Origin: Spirochaetia bacterium
Lineage (GTDB): Bacteria > Spirochaetota > Spirochaetia > SZUA-6 > Bin103
Assembly: GCA_965208575.1 (NCBI GenBank)
Contig: CBDBOV010000006.1
Coordinates: 1,088,001-1,152,000 of the forward strand
DNA: 64,000 nt
Direction: 5' to 3'
Shown here in pieces: positions 47,503 through 60,500 of this stretch. Position 1 is the stretch's first letter, and each line of letters begins with the position of its first letter. Below the pieces are notes generated by a model, which worked only from the letters and a program-made list of their open reading frames with translations, made no database searches and was not told where the DNA came from. Made by a program: the position numbers and the translations under genes.

Positions 47503-48555
47503 ATGTGTCGATCATGTCGCACTGGACTCGATCAGGACGAGGCGCAAGCACGCGCTCGAAGGCGGCTGGACGCGATGAATGAGACCGTGCACGACATCGG
47601 TAATGCCATCAACAGCGTGGCGATCGGGGTGGGCACGCTGCACGCCGAGTTGCGGGAGAACGCGGTGGTGCGCCGGTTCAGCGCCCTTGCGGACGCCTTG
47701 GAGACGCATCGCGGAGACTGGCTCGGCTACCTGGAGCGGGACCCGCAGGGCCAACAGGTGATCCCGTTCGTGCTGGAGCTGGCGGCGGACCTCAAGGCTC
47801 GGAACGAGCGGCTGAGCAACACCGTCGACCGGGTCAGGCGCGGCGTGGAGCACATCACGGGAATCGTTCGTTCGCAAGAGCCGGTCAAGATGGAAGCTCC
47901 GGCGCCCAGGACGGTCGATCTGCGCCAATCGATAGCGGATGCCGCGGCGATGCTGGCCGATTCGGTCGCCGCGAGAGGCATCGATCTGCAGGTCGACTGT
48001 GTACGCGCACCGGCTCGGGTTTCGATCCACGAGTGCCGGTTCCACCAGATGCTGGTCAACCTGGTCACCAACGCCATCGAGGCAATCGACGAACTCCGGC
48101 GGAAGGAGGGAATGCGGGAGCCGCGCATTCGCATCGTCGCCGGTCGCCGGCACGAGTTCCTGGTGATCGACGTGGTGGACAACGGCGTCGGGATCGCACC
48201 GGAGTGCCGCGGGCTCATCTTTGCTCCCTCCTACACGACGAAGCAGGACGGACGCGGATTGGGGCTGCACTCGGTGGCGAACTACGTGGTGGCGTCCGGC
48301 GGCCGAATAGAAGCGCTCAGCGCCGGCGCCGGAAAGGGAACGACCATGCGCGTGCTGCTGCCGCAGGCGTCCCCGGCTTCGGAGGCGGGCCCTGCCGGCT
48401 CGCGGCCGGCGCAGCAGGGCGCCGCACTCGGGGACGGCGCGGCGCGCCTGGCGGCTCGCGAAGGCGGTTCGTGGTTCCAGGGCGTCCTGGGGGATTCGAG
48501 CGCCATCGCCGACGCGCACGCTGCGGGCCACGCGCGAATCAGTATCGGAGCCTGA
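47503..48555 (+). CDS. Soluble histidine kinase (HisKA + HATPase_c) without sensor domain
   Basis: H-box TVHDIGNAINS, N-box NLVTNAIEA, G1 DNGVG, F-box IFAPSYTTK, G2 GRGLGL; 3' end overlaps the adhesin 2 stop by 17 bp. Confidence 0.82.
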   Translation: MCRSCRTGLDQDEAQARARRRLDAMNETVHDIGNAINSVAIGVGTLHAELRENAVVRRFSALADALETHRGDWLGYLERDPQGQQVIPFVLELAADLKARNERLSNTVDRVRRGVEHITGIVRSQEPVKMEAPAPRTVDLRQSIADAAAMLADSVAARGIDLQVDCVRAPARVSIHECRFHQMLVNLVTNAIEAIDELRRKEGMREPRIRIVAGRRHEFLVIDVVDNGVGIAPECRGLIFAPSYTTKQDGRGLGLHSVANYVVASGGRIEALSAGAGKGTTMRVLLPQASPASEAGPAGSRPAQQGAALGDGAARLAAREGGSWFQGVLGDSSAIADAHAAGHARISIGA

Positions 48556-51500
48556 TCTCGAGGATCATCTGGTAGTCGGGGGCGTCCGCGGTGTCGCGGC
48601 GCTCGCCGCTGAGCTCGACGGCGAGGCCCCGGCCGGCGGTGCGATCGAGGTTGAATCGGGCCCCGACGCGCACGCGCTGCGCCTCGCCATCGCTCAGCCC
48701 CACTTCCGCGAACGGGGTCAGCACGCCGCCGCTGCCCGGCAGCGCCACACCGTAGCCCACCCGGCCGTCGAGCGACGCCGGCTGCTCGGCGGCGCCGGCC
48801 GCGGGCGCCGGCAGGTAGTCCTGCCACAGCACGTCGCCGGCGGCGGCGGGGGCACCCCAGCGCGGGCTCAACTCCGCCGACAGCCCGTGCCCGTTGCTGT
48901 CCGCGGTGAGCCGCGCCGTCACCGAGGCTCCGTGCTCCCGATGCCCGGCGGCCGTGTGCACGGCCAGCACCCGTCCACGCGCCTCCAGTTCGACCCGCTC
49001 GGCCGCAAGGCGCACCCCGCCGGCCACCTCCGCGCCGAAGCCGGTGACGTCGTCGCCGTCGTCGTAGCGGCCTGCCACCTCCAGGAACGGGCGCAGTTGT
49101 GCGCTGCCGAGCGGCAGCGGCACCGCCGCTTCCACCCCGATCCGCATGTTGACGGCGTTGGCGGTGAGTTCGTCCAGCGCCTGGTCGCCGTTCCCGGTCC
49201 GCAGGTGCGCGAATCCGGCGTCGCCGCGCAGCGCCACCTCCAACCGCCCGTCGAGTGCGTGCAGCCCGTGGCGCGCGCCGACCGAGCCGAGCAGCAGGGT
49301 CACGGCGCTGGTCTCGCTCGGCGCGCCGTCGCGTTCGTGCACCGCCTCTCCCTGACCGCCGCCGAGCACCACCGAGTATTCGGCTCCGGCGGACGGCCGG
49401 TACCAGCCATACGAATACATCCCGGTCACCGCCACCCCGACACGGCCTCGTTCGCCGGGCTCGTCGCCGCCCTCCACCGCGTACTCGGCGCTGCCGTGCA
49501 GGGTGCGCGCCACTGCCACGCCCGCCAGCCACGTGGTGTCGGCGGCAGCCGCCTCCAGGCCGACCCAGGCGGTATTCAGGTCGCCCTCGTAGCTGGCGCC
49601 GGGCTCCGGCTCGCCGCTGAACCCGTGCCGGTGGGCGCGGCCCCACAGCGTCCAGTACGGCACCGTATCGGACGCGCCGGGCGCCGCCGCGCTGTCCACC
49701 TCAGGCCTGGCCGGCGCCGTGAGCGGCACCTCGAAGGCGCTGTCGCTCAACAGCTCGGCGACGGTCGAGGGGCTGCTGACCGGTCCCACCTCGCGCTCCC
49801 AGTCCGCCACGCGCCACGCCCCGGGGGCCGCCTCGGCCGGCTGCGCCCCGTCCGAAGCCGGCCGCGCGGCCGCGCCCAGCGCCGCCTGCCGGCCCGCCAC
49901 GGTCAGTGAGCCCGCGTCCCGGCCTGCCGGTGCCGGCTTGAAGCGGCTGCCGATGACCGCGCGCGCCTCGTACAGGGTCGCACGTCCGATTGCCGCCAGC
50001 ACCGGCCGCAGGATGCGCCGGTAGGGCGCGTCCCGCACCGTCACCTCGAAGGTCAGCACCGCCGCGTCGCTCAGCTCGCGGTTGTCGTCGGCGTCGTGCG
50101 CCACGTACGTGAACGTCAGCCGCCCGCCCCGCTCCGGCGTGCCCGACAGGACCCGCGTCGCCGGGTCGAACTGCAGTCCGGCCAGGCCCGCCGGCTTCGA
50201 GCTCAGCTCATAGCTCAGCGGCCCGTTGCCGCCGGTCGCCGCCGGCAGCGTGACCGGCTCGATCTTCTGCTCCGCCGTGAACGTCTGGTCGGCCACCGTC
50301 TCCAGGAAGCGCGGCGCGACGTCGCGCACGGTGACGGTCACCTCGTCCGGCAGGCTGTCCAGTCCGCCGGCGTGGACCACCAGCTCGAATGTCAATTCGC
50401 CCGGCAGCTCCGGGGCGGTGAACGTGGGCGCGGCGCTGCTCGCGTCGTCGAGCGCCACCTCGATGCCCGCGGTCTGCGCCCAGGCGTAGCTGGTGATCGG
50501 ATCGTCGTCGGGGTCGTGGCTGGAGGTGCCGTCGAGCGTCACCACGGCGCCGGGGTCCACCTCCTGGTCGGGGCCCGCGTCCGCCACCGGCCGCCGGTTG
50601 TCCTCGATCGCCGCGGTCACCCGCGTCCTGCCCAGCACCACCCCGTCCGGCAGCGGCCGCGGCGCGCTGAGGCTGAGCAGGAAGGTCTCCGTGCCTTCCT
50701 CCAGGTAATCGGCGTAGGTCTCAACCCGCACGGTGCGATGGGTGGCTCCCGCCGTGAAGGTGACCGCCGCCGCGCGCCGCTGGTAGTCGCCGCCGACCGC
50801 GCTCGCGGTGCCGTCGGCGGTCGCCCAGCGCACGGTGAACGCGTGCGCCACCGGACGCGAGAGGACAATCGCGATCACGGAAGTCTCTCCCTCACGCACC
50901 GTCGCCGGCGTGACCAGGCTCACCCTCGGCGTGCGGTCGTCCTGCGAGTCGTACGGTGTGGACCGCGGCGGCGATCCCGGCGTCCCCGGCGGGGATCCCG
51001 GCGCCGGCGAAGATCCCGGCGCCGACGGGGACTTCGGCGCCGGCGCGGGCGGGGCGTTCGCGATGGTGGCGGCGGCGCTGCTCGTGCCCAGCTCGACGCC
51101 GGCCGGCAGGCCGCCGGCGGCCGCGCTGAGCTGGACGCTGAAGGTCTCGGCGTCCTCGTCTTCGCCGTCGGTCAGGGTCGCCACCGACACGACGCGCTCG
51201 GTCTGGCCCTCCGCGATCGTCACGTCGGTCGCCGCCTGCGCCGTGTAGTCGCTGCCGGCCGTCGCGGCATCGTCGCCGGTGCCGTCCGCGGTAGCCCAGC
51301 GCACCGTGACGTCGGCGGGGGCGGCGCGGGACAACGCCACCGTGAAGAGCGCGGCGGAGCCCTCGGCGACCGGCGCCGCCGGTCCGCTCACGCTCACCTG
51401 CACCGGCGGCAGGACGTTCAGGTTGAACTCGGCATAGGCGAACGCGCCTTCCGGATCGGTGGCGGTCACGCGAATCCGGGTGATCCCGACGTCGGTCGCC

Positions 51501-54500
51501 GCCGGGATGCCGTCGAAGGTGTGCAAGGTCCCGCTGAAGGTGAGCCAGCCGGGCAGGGCGCCGCTGTCGCTGTCGCTGTCGGCGCCGCCGTCGCCCCCGG
51601 CGCCGCTGCCGCCGTCGCTGCGGCTGTACGCCCTGAGCAGGCCGTTGGCGCGCGGGAGGTCGCCCCCGGGCTCCTCGATTCCCTGACCGCCCACGTTGCG
51701 CACGACGGCACTCCAGACGAGGGGGTCGCCGTCCGGGTCGGTGAACAGGTCGGAGGGCGCCTTGTAGCGGTACGCCACGCCCTGCGTCGCCCACTGCTCC
51801 GGAATCTGGCCGGGCGCGACCGGGACGTCGTTGGGATCGGTCGCGGTGATGGTGGCGGTGGCGGTGGCGGATGCGGCCGAACTCTGGTCGAGCACCTGGA
51901 AGGTGAACGTGGCACTGCTCGTGAAGGCGACCGCCGGCGTGAACTTCAACGACCCCAGGTCGCCGTGCGCGATCACCTGGCTGGCCGTCACCGCGGTCGC
52001 GCTCAGCGCCAGCGTTCCCTGCGCCGCCGCCGGCAGCGTCACCACCTTCACCGACTTCAGGCTGTCACCGGTGTCGACGTCGCTGAACACCCCCTCGAAG
52101 TTGCTCGCGGAGAAGGTCAGCGTCACGTGCGGCGCGGTGCTCAGGCGCAGTGCCGTGGCCGTCGGCGCATCGTTCACGGCGGTCACCGTGATCGTTGCCG
52201 CCGCCGCACCCGACGCCGCGTCGGACTGATCCACCAGCTTGAACGTGAACGCCGCATCTCCGTGCCAATTGGCCACCGGCGTGAACGTCAGGCTTCCCAG
52301 GTCGGCGTGCGCGACGCTCTGATTCGCCGTCACCGCCGTCCCGTTCAGCGCCAGCGCGCCGTGCGCGGCCGACGGCAGCGTCACCACCCGCACCGCCTTC
52401 AGGCGGTCGTTCTCGTCCGGGTCGCTGAACAACGCCTCGAACTGCGCCGCCGTGAACGTCAGCGCCGTGTCCTCCGCCGTGCTCACCGTCAACAGCGCCG
52501 CGTCGGGATCCGCCGGGGTCGGGGGATCCCCGGGATCCTCCTCCTTGAGTTGCGGAGGCCGCACACCCGGCCGGTCGGCCATCGCCGTCACCGTCACCGT
52601 CGCCGTCGCCGCGGCCGACGCCGCGTCGGACTGGTCCACCAGCTTGAAGGTGAACGCCGCTTTCCCGTTCCAGTCCGCCGCCGGCGTGAACGTCAGTGTC
52701 CCCAGGTCGGCGTGCGCGACGCTCTGATTCGCCGTCACCGCCGTCCCGTTCAGCGCCAGCGCGCCGTGGCCGGCGTCCGGCAGACTCACCACCTGCACCG
52801 CCTTCAGGCGGTCGCCGGGGTCCGCGTCGCTGAACACACCCTCGAAGTGCGCCGCCGTGAACGTCAGCGCCGTGTCCTCCGCCGTGCTCACCCCAAGCGC
52901 TGCCGCTGCCGGCGCGTCGGCCACCGCGCTCACCGTCACCGTCGCCGTCGCCGCACCCGACGCCGCGTCGGACTGATCGACCACCTTGAAGGTGAAGCTC
53001 GCATCGCCGTTCCAGTCCGCCGCCGGCGTGAAGGTCAGCTTCCCCAGGTCGGCGTGCGCCACGTTCCGGTTCGCGCTCACCGCCGTCCCGCTCACCGCGA
53101 GCGCGCCGTGCGCCGCCGCCGGCAGGGTGACGACCTGCACCGCCTTCAGGCTGTCGCCGGGGTCCGCGTCGCTGAACACACCCGTGAACTGCGCCGCCGT
53201 GAACGTCAGCGCCGTGTCCTCCGCCGTGCTCACGTTCAGCGCTCCCGCCGCCGGCGCGTCGGCCACCGCACTCACCGTGATCGTGGCCGTCGCCGTCCCG
53301 GACAGCCGGTCGGTCCCGTCGCTCACCTGGAAGCCGAACGTCGCCGTGCCCGCGTAGTTCGCCGCCGGCGCGAACTTCAGGCTTCCCAGGTCGGCGTTGG
53401 CTATCACCTGGTTGGCGCCCACCCCGGTACCGGCCAGCGTCAGCGTGCCCTGCGTCGCCGCCGGCAGGGTGACGACCTTCACCGCCTTCAGGCTGTCGCC
53501 GGGGTCCGCGTCGCTGAACACACCCGTGAACTGCGCCGCCGTGAACGTCAGCGCCGTGTCCTCCGCCGTGCTCACGTTCAGCGCTCCCGCCGCCGGCGCA
53601 TCGGCCACCGCACTCACCGTGATGGTGGCCGTCGCCGCCGCCGACTCCGCGTCCGACTGGTCGGCCACCTTGAACGTGAAGGTCGCCTGCCCGTTCCAGT
53701 TCCCCACGGGCGTGAACGTCAGGCTCCCCAGGTCGCCCTTCACGATCTTCCGGTTCGCCGTCACCGCCGTCCCGCTCAGCGCCAGCGTGCCCGCGGTGGC
53801 CGCCGGCAGGGTGACGACCTTCACTTCCTTCAGGCTGTCGCCGGTGTCCGGGTCGCTGAACACGCCCTCGAAGTGCGCCGCCGTGAACGTCAGCGCGGTG
53901 TCCTCCGCCGTGCTCACGTTCAGCGCACTCGCCGCCGGCGCGTCGTTCGCCGCGCCCACCGTGACGGTCGCCGTCGCCGCGGCGGCAGACTCCGCGTCCG
54001 ACTGATCCACCACCTTGAACGTGAAGGCCGCATCTCCCGCGTAGTTCGCCACCGGCGTGAACGTCAGGCTGCCCAGGTCGGTCTTCACGATCTTCCGGTT
54101 CGCCGTCACCGCCGTCCCGTTCAGCGCCAGCGCGCCCGCCGCCGCCGCCGGCAGCGTCACCACGCGCACCGCCTTCAGGCTGTCGCCGGTGTCCGCGTCC
54201 GTGAACACCCCCGCGAACTGCGCCGCCGTGAACGTCAGCGCCGTGTCCTCCGCCGTGCTCACCCCCAGCGCCGCCGCTGTCGGCGCGTCGGCCACCGCGC
54301 TCACCGTCACCGTCGCCGTCGCCGCCGCCGACTCGGCGTCCGACTGGTCGGCCATCTTGAACGTGAAGGTCGCCTGCCCGTGCCAGTTCGCCACCGGCGT
54401 GAACGTCAACGTCCCGAGGTCGGCCTTCGCGAGCTTCCGGTTCGCCGTTACCGCCGTCCCGCTCAGCGCCAGCGCCCCGTGCGCCGCCGCCGGCAGCGTC

Positions 54501-57500
54501 ACCACCTTCACCGACTTCAGGCTGTCGCCCGCATCCGGGTCGCTGAACACCCCCGTGAAGTGCGCCGCCGTGAACGTCAGCGCCGTGTCCTCCGCCGTGC
54601 TCACCCGCAGCGCACCCGCCGCCGGCGCATCGGCCACCGCACTCACGGTCACCGTCGCGGTCGCCGCCGCCGACTCCGCGTCCGACTGGTCGGCCACCTT
54701 GAACGTGAAGCTCGCCTGCCCCGCGTAGTTCGCCACCGGCGTGAACGTCAACGTCCCGAGGTCGGCCTGCGCGATCGTCCGGTTCGCCGCCACCGCCGTC
54801 CCGTTCAACGCCAGCGCCCCGTGCGCCGCCGCCGGCAGCGTCACCACCCGCACCGCCTTCAGGCTGTCGCCGGTGTCCCCGTCCGTGAACACGCCCTCGA
54901 AGTGCGCCGCCGTGAACGTCAGCGCCGTGTCCTCCGCCGTGCTCACCCGCAGCGCACCCGCCGCCGGCGCATCGGCCACCGCACTCACGGTCACCGTCGC
55001 CGTGGCCGCCGCCGACTCCGCGTCCGACCGGTCGGCCACCTTGAACGTGAAGCTCGCGGCTCCGTGCCAGTTCGCCGCCGGCGTGAACGTCAATTTCCCG
55101 AGGTCGGCCTTCGCGATCGTCCGGTTCGCCGTCACCGCCGTCCCGTTCAACGCCAGCGCGCCCGCCGCCGCCGCCGGCAGCGTCACCACCCGCACCGCCT
55201 TCAGGCTGTCGCCGGTGTCCCCGTCCGTGAACACGCCCTCGAAGTGCGCCGCCTGGAACGTCAGCGCCGTGTCCTCCGCCGTGCTCACCCGCAGCGCGCC
55301 CGCCGCCGGCGCATCGGCCACCGCGGTCACGGTCACCGTCGCCGTGGCCACCGCCGACTCCGCGTCCGACCGGTCGGCCACCTTGAACGTGAAGCTCGCG
55401 GCTCCGTGCCAGTTCGCTGCCGGCGCGAACTTCAGCGTCCCCAGCGAACCGCGCGCGATCACCTGGTTCGCCGCCACCGCGCCGCCGCCGAGCGTGAGCG
55501 CGCCTGCCGTGCTCGCCGGCAGCGTCACCACCTTCACCGACTTCAAGCGGTCACCCGCGTCGGTGTCCGTGAACACGCCGTCGAAGTGCGCCGCCGTGAA
55601 CGTCAGCGCCGTGTCCTCCGCCGTGCTCACGTGCAGCGCGCTCGCCGCCGGTGCGTCGTTCGCAGCGCTTACCGTTACCGTCGCCGCGGCCGCCGCCGAC
55701 TCGGTGTCCGACTGGTCCACCACCTTGAACGTGAAGCTCGCCTGCCCCGCGTAGTTCGCCACCGGCGTGAACTTCAACGACCCCAGGTCGGCCTTCGCGA
55801 TCTTCCGGTTCGCCGTCACCGCCGTCCCGCTCAACGAAAGCGCGCCCGCCGTCGCCGCCGGCAGCGTCACCACGCGCACCGCCTTCAGGCTGTCGCCGGG
55901 GTCCGCGTCCGTGAACACCCCGGCGAACTGCGCCGCCGTGAACGTTAACGCCGTGTCCTCCGCCGTGCTCACGTGCAGCGCACCGGCCGCCGGCGCATCG
56001 GCTACCGCCGTCACGGTCACCGTCGCGGTCGCCGTCGCAGACTCGGCGTCCGACTGGTCCGCCACCTTGAACGTGAAGCTCGCATCTCCGTGCCAGTTCG
56101 CCGCCGGCGTGAACGTCAGGTTCCCCAGGCCGGCCTTCGCGATCTTCCGGTTCGCCGTCACCGCCGTCCCGTTCAGCGCCAGCGCCCCATGCGCCGCGGC
56201 CGGCAGCGTCACCACCCGCACCGCCTTCAGGCTGTCGCCGGGGTCCGCGTCCGTGAACACCCCCGCGAACTGCGCCGCCGTGAACGTCAGCGCCGTGTCC
56301 TCCGCCGTCCTCACCCTCAGCGCTCCCGCCGCCGGGGCATCGGCGACCGCGCTCACGGTGATCGTCGCCGTCGCGGTCGCAGAGTCGGCGTCCGACTGGT
56401 CGGCAACCTTGAACGTGAAGCTCGCCGCTCCGTGCCAGTTCGCCACCGGCGTGAACGTCAGGTTCCCCAGGTCACCCTTCACCACTTTCCGGTTCGCCGT
56501 CACCGCCGTCCCGTTCAGCGCCAGCACCCCGTGCGCCGCCGCCGGCAGCGTCACCACCCGCACCGCCTTCAGGCTGTCGCCCGCATCCGGGTCGCTGAAC
56601 ACCCCGGTGAAGTTCGCCGCCGTGAACGAAAGCGCCGTGTCCTCCGCCGTGCTCACCCCCAGCGTTCCCGCCGCCGGGGCATCGGCGACCGCCGTCACGG
56701 TGACCCTCGCGCTCGCCGCGGCCGACTCGGCGCCCGACTGGTCCACCACCTTGAACGTGAAGCTCGCAGCTCCGTGCCAGTTCGCCACCGGCGTGAACGT
56801 CAGGCTCCCCAGGTCGCCCTTCACGATCTTCCGATTCGCCGTCACCGCCGTCCCGTTCAGCGCCAGCGCGCCCGCCGTCGCCGCCGGGAGCGTCACCACC
56901 CGCACCGCCTTCAGGCTGTCCCCGGTGTCCGCGTCCGTGAACACCCCTGCGAACTGCGCCGCCGTGAACGTCAGCGCCGTGTCCTCCGCCGTGCTCACCC
57001 CCAGCGCACCCGCCGCCGGCGCGTCGTTCACCGCGCTTACCGTCACCGTCGCCTCCGCCGCCGCCGACTCGGCGTCCGACTGGTCGGCCACCTTGAATGT
57101 GAAGCTCGCAGCTCCGTGCCAGTTCGCCACCGGCGTGAACGTCAAGCTCCCCAGGTCACCCTTCACGATCTTCCGGTTCGCGGTGACCGCCGTCCCGCTC
57201 AGCGCCAGCACCCCGTGCGCCGCCGCCGGCAGCGTCACCACCTTTACCGACTTCAGGCTGTCGTCCGCGTCCGGATCGCTGAACACTCCCGCGAACTGCG
57301 CCGCCGTGAACGTCAGCGCCGTGTCCTCCGCCGTGCTCACCCCCAGCGCACCCGCCGCCGGCGCGTCGCCCGCCGCGCTTACCGTCACCGTCGCCGTCGT
57401 CGCCGCCGCCGACTCGGCGTCCGACTGGTCCACCACCTTGAACGTGAAGCTCGCCGCTCCCGCGTAGTTGGCCGCCGGCGTGAACGTCAGCGTCCCCAGC

Positions 57501-60500
57501 GAGCCGTGCGCCATCTTCTGATTCGCCGTCACCGCCGTCCCGTTCAGCGCCAGCGCGCCCGCCGTCGCCGCGGGCAGCGTCACCACCCGCACCGCCTTCA
57601 GGCTGTCCCCGGTATCCGCGTCGCTGAACACCCCCGCGAAGTGCGCCGCCGTGAACTCCAGCGCCGTGTCCTCCGTCGTGCTCACCTCCAGCGCACCCGC
57701 CACCGGTGCGTCGTTCGCCGCGCTCACCGTCACCGTCGCCGTGGCTGACGCCGACTCCGCATTCGACTGGTCCGCCACCTTGAACGTGAAGCTCGCCGCT
57801 CCGTTCCAGTTCCCCACCGGCGTGAACGTCAGGCTCCCCAGGTCGCCCTTCACGATCCTCCGGTTCGCCCTCACCGCCGTCCCGTTCAGCGCCAGCGCGC
57901 CCGCCGTCGCCGCAGGCAGCGTCACCACCCGCACCGCCTTCAGGCTGTCCCCGGTATCCGCGTCGCTGAACACTCCCGCGAACTGCGCCGCCGTGAACGT
58001 CAGCGCCGTGTCCTCCGTCGTGCTCACCTCCAGCGCACCCGCCACCGGTGCGTCGTTCACGGCGCTCACCGTCACCGTCGCCGTGGCCGCCGCCGACTCC
58101 GCATTCGACTGGTCCGCCACCTTGAACGTGAAGCTCGCCGCTCCGTTCCAGTTCCCCACCGGCGTGAACGTCAGGCTCCCCAGGTCGCCCTTCACGATCC
58201 TCCGGTTCGCCGTCACCGCCGTCCCGTTCAGCGCCAGCGCGCCCGCCGTCGCCGCAGGCAGCGTCGCCACCCGCACCGCCTTCAGGCTGTCCCCGGTGTC
58301 CGCGTCGCTGAACACTCCCGCGAACTGCGCCGCCGTGAACGTCAGCGCCGTGTCCTCCGTCGTGCTCACCTCCAGCGCACCCGCCACCGGTGCGTCGTTC
58401 ACGGCGCTCACCGTCACCGTCGCCGTGGCCGCCGCCGACTCCGCATTCGACTGGTCCGCCACCTTGAACGTGAAGCTCGCCGCTCCGTTCCAGTTCCCCA
58501 CCGGCGTGAACGTCAGGCTCCCCAGGTCGCCCTTCACGATCCTCCGGTTCGCCGTCACCGCCGTCCCGTTCAGCGCCAGCGCGCCCGCCGTCGCCGCAGG
58601 CAGCGTCGCCACCCGCACCGCCTTCAGGCTGTCCCCGGTGTCCGCGTCGCTGAACACCCCCGCGAACTGCGCCGCCGTGAACGTCAGCGCCGTGTCCTCG
58701 CTCGTGCTCACCTCCAGCGCACCCGCCACCGGTGCGTCGTTCGCCGCGCTCACGGTAATCGTCGCCGTGGCTGACGCCGACTCCGCATTCGACTGGTCCG
58801 CCACCTTGAACATGAAGCTCGCCGCTCCGTTCCAGTTCCCCACCGGCGTGAACGTCAGGCTCCCCAGGTCGCCCCGCGCGATCTTCTGGTTCGCCGTCAC
58901 CGCGCTTCCGTTCAGCGCCAGCGCGCCCGCCGTGCCGGCAGGCAGGGTCACCACGCGCACCGCCTTCAGGCTGTCGCTCGCGTCCGGGTCCGTGAACACC
59001 CCGTCGAACTGCGCCGCCGCGAACGTCAGCGCCGTGTCCTCCGCCGTGCTCACCTCCAGCGCACCCGCCGCCGGCGCGTCGTTCGCCGCGCTCACCGTGA
59101 TCGTCGCCGTCGCCGCCGCCGACTCGGCGTCCGACTGGTCCGCCACCTTGAACGTGAAGCTCGCCGCTCCGTTCCAGTGTTCCACCGGGGTGAACTTCAG
59201 CGTTCCCAGCGAGCCGCGCGCGATCTTCCGGTTCGCCGTTACCGCGCTGTCGCCGAGCGTCAGCGCACCCGCCGTGCTCGCCGGCAGCGTCACCACGCGC
59301 ACCGCTTTCAGGCTGTCATTCGCATCCGCGTCCGTGAACACCCCGTCGAACTGCGCCGCCGCGAACGTCAGCGCCGTGTCCTCCGCCGTGCTCACCTCCA
59401 GCGCACCCGCCGCCGGTGCGTCGTTCGCCGCGCTCACCGTCACCGTCGCCGCCGCCGCCGCCGACTCCGCGCCCGACTGGTCCGCCACCTTGAACGTGAA
59501 GCTTGCCTGTCCGTTCCAGCTCTCCACCGGCGTGAACGTCAGCGTCCCGAGCGAGCCGCGCGCGATCAGGTCGTTCGCCGTCACCGCGCTGTCACCGAGC
59601 GTCAGCGCGCCCGCCGTGGCCGCCGGCAGCGTCACCACCCGCACCGCCTGCAGGCGGTCGCCGGTGTCCGGGTCACTGAACACCCCATCGAACTGCGCCG
59701 CCGCGAACGTCAGCACCGCGTCCTCCGCCGTGCTCACCCCCAGCGCACCCGCCGCCGGCGCGTCGTTCACGGCGCTCACCGTCACCGTGGCCGTCGCAAT
59801 CGCCGACTCCGCGTCCGACTTGTCCACCACCTTGAACGTGAAGCTCGCTTTTCCGTGCCAGTTCCCCACCGGCGTGAACGTCAGCCTCCCCAGGGATCCA
59901 TGCGCGACTACCTGGTTCGTGGTCACCGCGTTCCCGTCCAGCGCCAGCGCCCCTGCCGTGCCTGCCGGCAGGGTCACCACCTTCACCGACTTCAGGCTGT
60001 CGCCCGAGTCCTTGTCCGTGAACACCCCCTCGAAGTTCGCCGCCGTGAACGTCAGCGCCGTATCCTCCGCCGTGCTCACCTTCAGCGCACCCGCCTCCGG
60101 CGCGTCGTTGGTCGAACCGACCGTGACGGTCGCCGTCGCCGTGCCCGACAGCAGGCCGCTCTCGTCTCTCACCTGGAAGTTGAAGGTGGCCGCCCCCGTG
60201 AATTTCTCCGCCGGCGCGAACTTCAGCGTCCCCAGGTTGCCGCGTGCGATCAGGTCGCCGGCGCCGACCGCGGCTCCATTCAACGTCAGCGCGCCGCGCG
60301 CCGCCGCCGGCAGGTTGACCACCTTCACCGCCTTCAGGCTGTCGCCGACGTCCGGGTCGCTGAACACGCCGTCGAAGTCGCTCGCCGTGAACGTCAGCGC
60401 CTTGTCCTCCGCCGTGCTCACCCGTAGCGCGCCCGCCACCGGCGCGTCGGCCACCGCCGTCACGGTCACCGTCGCCGTCGCCGCCGCCGACTCCGCGTCC

